Below, one piece after another: positions 1 to 10,625 of a stretch of 36,238 bases of DNA; position 1 is the first letter of the stretch; each line of letters opens with the position of its first letter. This stretch comes from Basidiobolus heterosporus B8920. Its lineage: Eukaryota. Under the pieces are notes generated by a model. That model was not told the origin of the DNA. It ran no database searches and saw only the letters and a program-made list of their open reading frames with translations. The stretch spans positions 1-36,238 of the forward strand of contig JNET01026143.1 in assembly GCA_000697455.1 (NCBI GenBank). Direction: 5' to 3'. Position numbers and translations under genes: made by a program.

Positions 1-960
1 ATCACTTTCACCAATTAAACTTGTTTAGAAGGCCATGTAATCCAAGTACCTTCAAGTTAGTGAGAATACATTAAGCAAAGCCCTAATGTGACTTTTAGAT
101 ACAAAGCAATTGATAAGGATATGAAATAATGGTAAGTTCTAATACAAACAATCAGGTGTTAAGGTATGCAAATTTCCACAATTTTGACATCTTCAAGACA
201 ATTAAGCTATCTAGACACCATCATATTAGTGTTACATAATCTAAGCAAAGCCACCATACAAATCTTGGTAAATATAACATGGCTAACATCTAGTTTAAAT
301 AATCAGGTGCCTTATTGTATGATCATAGCTACTTAAGAGAGTATAGATACATTTGATTTTATTTCATTAGTACTATAATGAAAGTATAAGGATAGTATTG
401 TTTATCACAACCACAAAATTACAAGATATTTTGACTGTTGGATATTCACACAACAATGCATAGAATACAACCTACTTGTCACTGTGTAATATACTCCCAG
501 ATTTATATCAATAATAACTAGCTTAAGGCCATAATCCATTTGAAAATTTACATAAGATGATAGCAAATCTAGCAAAAAGGACAATATATCATTAGTATTT
601 ATGTAATTCAATAACTAATCAAGTGTTCAACTATATGAAGTTCAATATGTAGTATACAAGAAAGCTTGAAGATATTTAAGATTCTCTGACTGGTACTGTA
701 ATTGAAATATGTAGCCAGTAATATATACATGCTGCAAATTAGATAAGATGGCAACATGTTGGATTTGCCCAAAACTTATCAAAATGAATGTGACCAGATT
801 TCAATCAATGGTGACTAATTTATGGTGAAAACCTGTGTGAAAATTCTCATCAAAATAATAGAAAATCTAGCAACAATCATAATATGTGGTATATATATAT
901 AATATAGCATCTAGATGGTTTTATGACTGTGGCTAATCCACCTGATTTGGATCTGATTCT
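1..960. other. AT-rich, CpG-free stretch; probably a decayed, formerly methylated repeat (family not identified)
   Basis: I found no CG dinucleotide before position 965. All frames are interrupted by stops and I recognised no protein motif. Composition matches the LINE relic at the other end. Confidence 0.4.
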
Positions 961-1143
961 TGTACGTGCAACCTTAATTGTCATTGGAATGTTGTAAAAT
1001 AGAGATTTCCAGTTCCACACGTTTACTGTAGTGTTACATGGTATGAGGAAGGTGGAAGGAATGATCACAAGATTAGACCATCTACTTTATCTATCCCACC
1101 TTGCTCTTCCTTTAGTGATTGCAAGGTTAACAGCACAGAAGAT

Positions 1144-1953
1144 ATGGCGGCCATCAACACAAGAAAGACACCTTATATAATATGGATTTTTGCAAACATT
1201 GTTTTCCTGGTATTAGCCATGATTTTCATTAACAGCCGGAGTCAAACTGTAAGAGTACTTGTACCAACTTACAAGTATATTCCTCAGAAAACCTTTGCAA
1301 ATGTAGAGTCTAAAGAGTTACTAAACGATACCAACCTTATTGGATTTTGTAAACATAAGACCAAATTGAAGCATATCCTATTCATGTTCATCACTGAAAA
1401 GACCGATACAAGGTTCTACTATGACCAAAAGTTGGAAGAATATCTGGTGTTTGTTATTGAACCAACTTGGACTTGTCCTGAGTCTTCTTGCTGCCTCAAA
1501 CTTCAAAATCATTACGAATATTTAACACTCGATTCAAAAGTACATGAGACCATGCAAACTTTGTTGGTGAGCTTTCCGTTAATGACTTCGGTGACTAAAC
1601 TGGACGATGATGCCTATGTCAACTATGACTACCTTCAAGGAATCCTCACCCAAATGGATGTCAATACTTATGCCGGCATCATGTGTGAATGGGATGGTGA
1701 ACTAAAGGTAGAGTTCACCTATGCTACTGGACGACTCTACAGTCTAGGCAGGAACACGCTCAACTGTGTCAATGAGAACTTCAACCGGTCCAAAGACCTA
1801 GGAATTCCAGCAGAAGATGCAAGAGTGGGACTAACAATTCATCGATCTTGTCAAAATACCACCATTATGAATCTATTAGATGACAAAGATAATATCTACC
1901 ATAAATACTACACTAGAAAAAACAAAAATATTGACCTATACTATGGACAATGA
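1144..1953 (+). CDS. GT31-family (beta-1,3-galactosyltransferase/Fringe-like) type II membrane glycosyltransferase, 269 aa, intronless
   Basis: N-terminal TM segment (YIIWIFANIVFLVLAMIFI), DxD motif VTKLDDDAYVN, then YATGRLYSLGR and EDARVG, matching the GT31 motif order (KxDDDxYV, GxxYxLS, EDxxxG). Confidence 0.75.
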   Translation: MAAINTRKTPYIIWIFANIVFLVLAMIFINSRSQTVRVLVPTYKYIPQKTFANVESKELLNDTNLIGFCKHKTKLKHILFMFITEKTDTRFYYDQKLEEYLVFVIEPTWTCPESSCCLKLQNHYEYLTLDSKVHETMQTLLVSFPLMTSVTKLDDDAYVNYDYLQGILTQMDVNTYAGIMCEWDGELKVEFTYATGRLYSLGRNTLNCVNENFNRSKDLGIPAEDARVGLTIHRSCQNTTIMNLLDDKDNIYHKYYTRKNKNIDLYYGQ

Positions 1954-1983
1954 GTGGATATTGAGTGGATATTGAATGGATAT
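1951..1983 (+). repeat. 11-bp tandem repeat TGA(G/A)TGGATAT x3 starting at the GT31 stop codon
   Basis: tgagtggatat tgagtggatat tgaatggatat read directly. Confidence 0.9.
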
Positions 1984-1996
1984 AATAAAAATCAGT

Positions 1997-4168
1997 TCAT
2001 TGATTTGTTGGGTTACGAAATCTTAATAGTGATGACAACTCGGTTGAGGATACACATTTCTTTAGAAACTCATGTTCAAGTAATTCTGCTGAAGTGGCTC
2101 TACTCTGAACATCCACACATAAACATTCAGCAAGAAATGATTTGAACTCTTGACTGAGTAGTTCGGGTCGTTTAAGGGTAGGTGTACCATTGGTAGCGAT
2201 TAAATAAAGTGCTTTTAGGGGCTCTTCATCTAGATATGGTGGTTCATTCTCTATCATCTCGATAGCCATGATACCAAGGGACCAGATGTCAACCTTGGCT
2301 CCGTATTCCTTCTGTTTGACTACCTCTGGGGCCATCCAATAAGGGGTGCCTACCATTGTGGCTCGCTTGTTTTTCTGTTCGGTGAGTTTAGCGCAGAAGC
2401 CAAAGTCAGCTGATGATGTTAATATCAAGAAGTGTGGTTAGGGTAGGGTAGGGTAGAATAGGCCAAGGTTAAGAGAGGAACAAGACTTACTGATCTTCAC
2501 GCTCCCGTCGAAGTCGAGTAAGACATTGTCACTCTTGATATCTCGATGAATGATGCTTTGATTGTGCAGATGAAGAAGTCCTCTACATGTCTGTAGACAA
2601 AGCTTAACGTAGCGCAATGGTTAACAAAGGTAAATTAGATAACTTACCTCGCGACATATCGTGGCGATTTGCCCTTCAGTGAGTGAGTTATTGTCGATGA
2701 TTTCAGTGAGTGCCCCACCCTCCATATATTCCATGATGACCCATAGCTCGTTGGTATTCACCAGGTAACTGTCCAAGTAGTTGACGATATTGGGATGCTG
2801 CGCCTCTTTCATCACCAATATTTCATTGACAATCAACTCCTTCCTTGGTTGATGCGCCAAATCCATCTGCTTTATAGCCACCCGTTTGTTGTTGGACAGT
2901 GAACGAGCAACGTATACCGAGCCAGAGGCCCTATAAGGATGGATTTAGTTGGGAGAGGTAATGGGCGTTGAGATACTTGGAGTTTACCCTTGGCCAATCT
3001 TCTTGATTTTCAAGTAGAGATTTGTTGGATCTCCTTTGCACACGACAGTCTCTAAGTCAACCGAAAATAAGTGACAAATCTACTCGAGAAAATCCATTTT
3101 ACTTACTCAGTTTCTCTATGATTTGAGCCTCGGATAGTGTGGAAAGTCTTTGTTCCTTGGCTTTGGGAGCTGGTTTACTTGGGGTATCAATGGACGGAGC
3201 CTCTTTGGCTGGCGGAAGTTTAAATGTAGGTGATGGCTAATTCAAGTCAGTTAAATGTTGCTTGATGATTAATGAAATTGCTGACTTACGCCAGTTGGAG
3301 GAGTGGGTAATCCACTGGAGGCTTTCGGAGAGGGTGGTGGACGATGTTGTTTCTAAAAGGATGAGTTATAAGCCTCGGATAGTGTGAGCTTAATTGACTT
3401 AGTGATGAGTACCGGTGGTAATAATCTCGCCCATTTCTCTTGACCAGTGTAATCGTCATTGTGTTGCGTTTGGTCAGTGTAAAATTCAAGTGCTTGTAGT
3501 ACTGCTTGAGGATTGTTGGTGTAATCTTCACGCGTAATAGCCGAGGAGGATAACAACTTCACCCATTGCTCAGGAAGGCCCTGAATAGGTGGATTTTACC
3601 TGACTTAGTGGTCATTTTATCAATAGCTAAGCAATGAACGTACGGTAAACATTCCAGTATTAGCGTCAAAATCAACGTGTACTCTATGTTGAAAATTGGT
3701 CGGGTTAGAGACACCCATCAGTGGAGAACGCTGAATGGGAAAAAGACTTTAGAAAGTATTTAGAGGATATGGATGGAAGGAGAAAGTTACTTGGTAAATG
3801 GCGTCCATCCAGGAATATATCTCCTCGTCACTTTTACAGGATAAATAATAGGTACGATCTTTGGTGATAATTTCGAAGCAGTATGGTTTAAGATCGGTTC
3901 GGTTCACTCCAGATATTTCTTTGAGGAATATCAGGGCAACGGGTTGAGGTGAAGTCTATAAAGGTTTTATCCAAAGAAAGAGGAGAAGCCATGAGTTTAA
4001 CGAATCATCAGAAAATGGTAGTACAGTGAGTCTTAGTAAGCTCCCCACCTCGTTTCTATGAAAGGTCAAAGTCATCTCACGAAGCAGCACCCAACGCTTC
4101 GACCATATCCATGCTCTCAAACCTTCTTCTTTAAGGGATAAGTGGCCCTTTTTAATTACAGTAGACAT
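1997..4168 (-). CDS. CLA4: Cla4-type PAK kinase (PH + CRIB/PBD + Ser/Thr kinase), about 10 exons
   Basis: ATG at 4168 ([33 protein letters not shown] domain). [19 protein letters not shown]. Kinase motifs [46 protein letters not shown]. Introns are GT-AG. Confidence 0.93.
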
Positions 4169-4413
4169 AAATAACACAATGAAAGCTAAGTACAATGAAG
4201 AATAAGTACACCACGAAATACAAAATAGGAGAAAAAGCACTTGGTCAGAAGATAGTTACTTTTGTGGACATAGAAGCCTTTAGGTACGTATCATTTGAGA
4301 GGTTGATTTTAGCTGCTACATTGAAAATCCGATCACACACAAATGACTGTTACTCTGTAGGATCCACTGATTTATGCTAACTTTGCTTAATTCATGAGCC
4401 GATTAAACAATAG

Positions 4414-4444
4414 AGGGTGAGGGTGAGGGTAGGGTGAGGGTGAG
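4414..4444 (+). repeat. (GGGTGA)n hexamer microsatellite with five GGG runs (G-quadruplex-capable)
   Basis: agggtgagggtgagggtagggtgagggtgag read directly. Confidence 0.85.
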
Positions 4445-4560
4445 AGCCATGAACAAAAAATCTACGAGATTGGGAAGCTGCGAGTTTTATTATTAAGTAA
4501 ACATGGGAATTCTATTTTACAATAATTTTACAGGGAAATCATGGGAATCAATAACTATCA

Positions 4561-6006
4561 TTACTCTACGTGAACATGACTGCGTGCCTCATGTGCGGCC
4601 ACCTTCATGATGAAGGAGACCTGATTAGCGACATCCCGAAGGGAACCAATAACGATTCCATTCCCTTTGATGAAGCCGTAGTTATGATACTCCAGGCTAA
4701 CCTCTTTACAGAACTCTTCAACAAGTGGCTGAACCTTTCTCAAGTTATGTCTGGGCACTCGAGGGAATAGGTGATGGATTGTTTGGAATTGAAGACCTCC
4801 ATGGAACCAGTCAAACCAGACGGGACAGTCAACATCCATAGTAGTACGTAGCTGACGGGAAGCAAAGCTTTCGTCAGGTCCATGATCATCAGTGGACATC
4901 CCGTAGTGTGATAATGTGATCTGAACATGAAGCATCATGGTAAAGACGTGAGATACCATGACGTACATGAAAATCATTCCCCAGCTTGGAAGAAACGAAA
5001 CCAGGTACGAATACCACGTATAGAAGAAGGCCATTCCCAGTAGTTCCCACTTGCGAAGTGGTGCATGCTCGTCGGTGAGTAGGAAAATAAACCCTTGTAC
5101 ATAAAGATTAAAGCGGCCAAAGCAAAGAATCGGGTAATAAAGATAATGCTGAATTGAGATCAGGACTCTAGAGGCACCATCGAATACCAGCACTTTGTTA
5201 TGGTAAGTGGAGAACAGGTTGTTGAAGAATTTTGAAGTGACTGCGAAGAACGGTAGAAGTTGGATATCCGGGTCGTGCTCTGGATGATTAGTGATGATGT
5301 GATGAACGTTGTGGCTCTTCTTCCACCATCCAATCGATAAGCCACCCAAATAATCACCCAAGAGAATACCAATGATACTGTCGTACTTCATATTTTGGGT
5401 GATTTCATTGTGGCCAGCGTCATGCGCGCAGAATGCACTTTGATGCCAGACGAAGGCATTGGCAAGGGCAGCAATAAGATAATTCCAGTAAGTTTTAGGG
5501 CCCCAGATAATCAACGTTACCATGATCGCAAATGCGATGGTACAACGAAGCGCTTCCCAGGCGTAACAAACATAGTTTGTTTTGTAAAGTCCCTGAGCAC
5601 GGATTCTAGCATCAAGACGCTTGTAAGCGGATGAGATGCCCTGTTGAGTCTTCAGATCAGAATCAGTATGAGAAACTGGAAAAGGATCCTCCACTAAATC
5701 ACCGATATAGAAATGCTTCATCTTTTTGGTAAGAACCCATTCAGGATGCATTGCTCGGACAACGTCAGTTGCATCTTTTCCAAGCATATGTCTAACTGCA
5801 AGCTCACCACCAGGATGATGCTTGATCCACTTGTTCAGTTTATAGACCTGGTTGTCGTAAACAATTAGAATCTCTCCATTTTGAACACGGGTTCTTACTT
5901 CAGTCATGGTCAGCGAAGGAAGGCATCGCGTAGACACTGGATGTGCAAGCATGGTCTCGAAAGACTGAGGAGGAGACATTGGTAAGGAGAGATTAGAGAG
6001 AAACAT
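4561..6006 (-). CDS. SLD1: Cytochrome b5-fused front-end desaturase, most likely delta-8 sphingolipid desaturase, 481 aa, intronless
   Basis: b5 motif HPGG. His boxes HDAGH, HNVHH and QTIHH. Flanks PEHDPDIQ and QLRTTMDVDCP resemble fungal delta-8 desaturases. Delta-6 fatty-acid specificity is not excluded. Confidence 0.85.
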   Translation of the reverse strand: MFLSNLSLPMSPPQSFETMLAHPVSTRCLPSLTMTEVRTRVQNGEILIVYDNQVYKLNKWIKHHPGGELAVRHMLGKDATDVVRAMHPEWVLTKKMKHFYIGDLVEDPFPVSHTDSDLKTQQGISSAYKRLDARIRAQGLYKTNYVCYAWEALRCTIAFAIMVTLIIWGPKTYWNYLIAALANAFVWHQSAFCAHDAGHNEITQNMKYDSIIGILLGDYLGGLSIGWWKKSHNVHHIITNHPEHDPDIQLLPFFAVTSKFFNNLFSTYHNKVLVFDGASRVLISIQHYLYYPILCFGRFNLYVQGFIFLLTDEHAPLRKWELLGMAFFYTWYSYLVSFLPSWGMIFMYVMVSHVFTMMLHVQITLSHYGMSTDDHGPDESFASRQLRTTMDVDCPVWFDWFHGGLQFQTIHHLFPRVPRHNLRKVQPLVEEFCKEVSLEYHNYGFIKGNGIVIGSLRDVANQVSFIMKVAAHEARSHVHVE

Positions 6007-6174
6007 TAACTTGGTAGTGAGTTTTATTCCAATTTACTACTACCAGTTGGCCAATCGTTCATCTGTGTCACGGTTGAGGGTGGTGTATGAGAAACTCTAT
6101 TAAAAAATCCCAAAGAGGAAGCCTTCGAAATAAGCTCACAACTCTAATTAAGAAGGATTACTACCACCAGATGA

Positions 6175-6213
6175 CTGGGCTACCTCAGCTGGGCTATCTT
6201 AGCTGGGTAATCT
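6175..6213 (+). repeat. Imperfect 14-bp tandem repeat CTGGGCTAYCTYAG x~3 in the desaturase/SIT4 divergent promoter
   Basis: ctgggctacctcag ctgggctatcttag ctgggtaatct read directly. Confidence 0.75.
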
Positions 6214-6898
6214 CTCCTAAATCCGATCATCTACTACGTTGTGTCGATGTACTGCGTCCAAATAGATGACTACTACAAGAGAAACATTTAGCATAACACA
6301 GCCAAGACATTTGATTATGAGTGATTGTAACCAAAACGGAAAAGTGAGCGCACAAACCCATAACTCAACTACCACTCGATAGCAACTGCACAACCACCAC
6401 ACTCCAAGAAACAATCTATATTGGCTGATTGGAAGGTACACAGAAAGATTCTTTCTTTTCTGTATGGGCTCGGGTATCGGCACAAACGAATGAATATGGT
6501 TTCGAATAAATTACATGATCATTTACCTAATTTCCATAAATAGAAAGCTATACAGAAACCTCCAGCAGTGGTATTACAAAGGTTTTTGTCACCATCAAGC
6601 ACAGTTTAGGGAATGCCAAGCACTCAATTAGTGATTTATTCAAATTGACTAAGTATCTGACTAAATTCATGATTAAAATGATACTTAGATATCGGTGGGT
6701 AAGATTTCCCCTCAAGTATATAATCACTGGGAACACTCAAATTCAAATTCATCATTAATACCATCATCAAGAATATCATGTAGCTCTCTGTTTCTTGACG
6801 ATTCGTATTTTTACCTTATTTTACACTAGTGAAAGTAACTCCTTCCTTCCTTTCCTGCACTTTTGTTTTCTCTTATTTAAGCTACATAAACACATAGC

Positions 6899-8300
6899 AT
6901 GGGTTGTCCTGAGGAATGGTTGGATACGGTTCTAGAATGTAAGCACCTATCTGAACAAGATATGAAAAAACTTTGTGAACTGGTAATTGTGCTTCTGTTA
7001 AACTCTCACTTTGGCCTTCTAGAGGAATTCGGGAGGATTCTTGTATTAAGAGAGCCTACTCTGCCTTTGAAACTTTACTGATTTTTGTGCTTTTTTTCTG
7101 TTGGGGAAAACGGGATTCTACTCATCAGGTTAAAGAATTATTGATGGAAGAGTCTAATGTTCAACCAGTTCATTCTCCTGTCACTGTTTGTGGAGATATA
7201 CACGGACAGTTCTACGATCTAAAAGAGTTGTTTCGTGTTGGTGGGGAGATTCCTGAAACGAATTACATTTTCATGGTATAGTAGACAGGTTTATGTTAAA
7301 ATATTCAGTATTCTCGCGTGTTCTGTAACTCACTTAACTTTGTAGGGGGATTTTGTAGATCGAGGTTATTATAGTCTAGAAACTTTCACTTTATTAATGG
7401 TGTTGAAAGCACGATACCCCGACAAGATTACCTTGCTACGCGGTAACCACGAGAGCCGACAGATCACTCAGGTTTACGGCTTCTATGGTACTACAGTTTG
7501 CCCCTTCGTGACTGGGTAACGACCTTCTCACCATCTTCATTCTTTACTCTTCAGATGAATGTCAAACAAAATATGGAAACGCTAACGTTTGGAAGTATTG
7601 TTGCCAAGTATTTGATTATCTGACCGTGGCTGCGGTAATTGAATTCCCACCTATTTAACATTATCAATTCAAGCATCCAAGACCATGGAACTAAACACCA
7701 GATTGATTAGATCATTGATGGAAGTATTTTGTGTGTTCACGGGGGACTTTCCCCTGATGTCAGAACTCTTGACCAAATCAGGACAATACAACGATGCCAA
7801 GAGATCCCGCACGAAGGCTCTTTTTGTGGTAAGTTCTGTGTGCACCGGCTTATCTGGGAGCCTTTCTCATTCCATTTTCATTAGATCTGATGTGGTCGGA
7901 TCCAGAGGAGATAGACGGATGGGCAGTAAGCCCAAGAGGCGCAGGGTGGCTGTTTGGGGGCAGAGTCACCAGCGAGGTAAGAGACACCACATCGGCATCG
8001 TTTGTTACTTCATTCGCTTAGTTTGATGTCTGTTAGTTCAACCATGTGAATGGGCTCAACCTGATTGCTCGTGCGCATCAGCTTGTCCAGGAAGGCTACA
8101 AGTTCATGTTCCCTGATGAGAATCTGGTCACCGTGTGGTCCGCACCCAACTATTGTTATCGTTGTGGAAACGTGGCTAGCATTATGCAGGTGAAGGATCA
8201 TTCAGTTGTCGACGAGAGGAGTTTCAAAATATTTGAAGCAGTTCCGGACCAGGAACGCACTGCGCCTGCTAGGACAGGTGGCACCCCATATTTCCTATGA
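6899..8300 (+). CDS. SIT4: Sit4/Ppe1/PP6 Ser/Thr protein phosphatase catalytic subunit, 7 exons
   Basis: [57 protein letters not shown] and C-terminal [19 protein letters not shown] and AGWLFG point to PP6 rather than PP2A/PP4. Confidence 0.93.
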
Positions 8301-8561
8301 TCATACATACAATAAAAGGGTTTTGTAGAAATGTTCTTTTACTTTATTCACATTAATAATATGCGACGAGGAGCAGGTCCAACTACGGAGATTAAGGTGG
8401 GAAAAGAGGCTGATTATGATCATTTGATACCCCCTTTGATGCTACCTAGGCGTAGAGAAGAGAAGGCTGGCAGGGATAGTAAGTAAGGTTCAAAAATAAT
8501 CCAAGGGAAGATGGGGATTCATCTACTGAATATTGATAATTGATGATTGTTCTGAGCTATT

Positions 8562-8944
8562 TTAGTCTCTATGTTGCTTCTTGTGAAGCCAGGTCTAATG
8601 AAGAAAGGAAACCGATTAGTCGTCTAGAATACAAGTCAAATGAAGCTAGCATAACTCTTGGCGTACCTGACAAAGTGACAATACTAAGAAGGCGGCGTAG
8701 ATTCCAGCAGCGATAAAGCAGCCTAAGGCAACGGCCTGGGGATCTTTAGGAGCCTTTTCACCTTCAGTGAGTTCGTGAACCTCGATTTTAAAGAGAGCAC
8801 CAAGAACAACCTAGTTGATACATGAATATGGTTTCTTTGGAGGTTTTCAGGTCACAAAGTATTACTCACCAGGAAAACAATACCAATAACGCTTAGTATA
8901 CTGCAGCATATAGCACAGGCTGGAGGACAGAAGGCTAACTTCAT
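8562..8944 (-). CDS. RNASEK: V-ATPase V0 subunit f / RNASEK-family small membrane protein, 83 aa, 3 exons (8944-8870, 8810-8667, 8594-8562)
   Basis: Spliced translation MKLAFCPPACAICCSILSVIGIVFL|VVLGALFKIEVHELTEGEKAPKDPQAVALGCFIAAGIYAAFLVLSLCQ|TWLHKKQHRD*. Two TM helices, CCxxLSxxGxxxL and P-x-D-x-x-A-V-A motifs as in yeast YPR170W-B. Both introns are phase-0 GT-AG. Confidence 0.88.
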
Positions 8945-9440
8945 GACGAGTACAAGAGGAAGGGGTATAACGAGCGGGTGGTAGTGACTGAGTTACCAAG
9001 GAGTGAACCTGAAGTACGAGTCTTGACTACAAAGTGGCTAAAAGTAAGTACCAATTAAAGGCCCCTTAAAATTCCATTCTGGAATTGTAGGAAATTCCAA
9101 CACATGCCCCAGTTTTGCCACATAGATTGACTCCAGGGAAAATCAAGAAATATGTATATAAATGTACATGAAAAGCTTATTTCAAGTCAAGTGTTGTCCA
9201 AGTAGTCTTCTGTTTGATCCACGCACTTCAACCAGATATTTGTTGATTGTTTATTTAATGCCACATCTTTAATTAACCCTGGGATTAAGCTCATCTTCGA
9301 GTAACCTTCCATATATTGGTGTTACTATCACTGTTTAAGCAATTAAGTTGCTATCATTGTTTAAGCACAGTGTACACTTTGGTTTATCTACTGTCATATG
9401 TATCTTAGTCATCATGAATAGCGAGGTTGTCTGCTAGGGG

Positions 9441-10442
9441 ATGAAATTAAATGCTACAGCTCTGCTTGGATTCTCATCGATGACTAAACTATATTCTAGA
9501 CTTTCTATTGTCCTTGCCAGACATGGCGAGACCGAGTACAACAAACCTCCTGTAAGGCTACAAGGCCAGCTTGGTACGTATACCTATGGTATTCTATAAA
9601 CTAAGGTGAAAATTAACTCATCATGCTCTCCTTTTCCCAGACGTACCACTGAACGAAACTGGTAGATTGCAAGCAAAGGCCTTAGGAACTCGGCTGAGCA
9701 GTGAGGATTTTGATTTGATCTATTGCAGTGATTTATCTCGTACAAAACAGGTCAGTCAGAGATAGGAGGAGTGTCTTTTGTTCTGATACTAAGGCGTAGG
9801 ACACTGGTAGACTTTAGAGCCTCTACTGGAAGCCAAGCCGAGCTGTCGAGTAATATACGAGCCTAGTCTTCGCGAACGGGTTAGTTGAACGGATTTTCCA
9901 TGTGGCTATTTAGATACAAGCAACTCAATTGTCAATGATAGGATGTAGGTTCGTTGACAGATTTGCTATGGTCTGAAGCCAAAACTACCATAAAAGAAGC
10001 AGGGAAAACCTTTGAAGAATATGTCTCCCTAAGCGGGGAGAGTACAGAACAATTCTATACCAGAATAACCAAATTTTGGGACACCATTCTGGAAAATCAT
10101 TTAGTGAAAAGTAGCCCAAGCAGCCACAAGGTTGACAATGAACCCGTAGATGAGTTCAAAGTCCTAGTCATTACCCATGGTGGCGTAATCGCTAACCTAA
10201 TGAAATACTTGACAAAAGAACTTCACTACTCAAACATTGATACCCAAGGGAAGGGAAATCAGAAGGGAAATCAGCTTAGCAGAAATACTGCGGTTTATAG
10301 AATCCAAGTTGATGGGATTCAAGGAAAGATATTGCTCAGTAACTGTGCTGCACACCTGGAAGATACTCCAACGCTGGATTTACCTGCACAACACAGTCGA
10401 AAACTACTCGACGATTTCGCGCAGAAAATGAACTACTATTAA
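9441..10442 (+). CDS. Histidine phosphatase (phosphoglycerate mutase/TIGAR-like), 4 exons; start at ATG 9441 or in-frame ATG 9480
   Basis: LARHGET...LQGQLDVPLNETG, CSDLSRTKQT, LRER and VLVITHGG. Exons about 9441-9573, 9641-9750, 9811-9879, 9942-10442, joined in frame by GT-AG introns. Confidence 0.88.
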
Positions 10443-10625
10443 GTCTCCGATGAATCCCATATATTTGATTATGTGAAATAAATAGATTTTGTCTACAAGA
10501 ATTAATTAAATCTCATGTTCATTTTTGTGCATTCATGCAGATAGTGAAGTAACTTGTGACGGTTGATAAATTGTCAAGTAGTGAGTGAGTCTATATCAGT
10601 ACACTTTACCTTAAAACCGCTCAAA

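Noticed and set aside
405..1068. Short minus-strand ORFs 405-611 and 877-1068
   Set aside because: They lie in the CpG-depleted degenerate block and show no motifs; likely spurious.
1954..2145. In-frame ORF after the GT31 TGA (readthrough or selenocysteine?)
   Set aside because: The extension is made of the 11-bp repeat and the antisense of CLA4. There is no TGA-CTA readthrough context, no redox motif and no SECIS that I can see.
6649..6688. 9-bp inverted repeat CTAAGTATC...GATACTTAG
   Set aside because: Short and AT-rich with no target-site duplication; insufficient for a MITE or structured RNA call.
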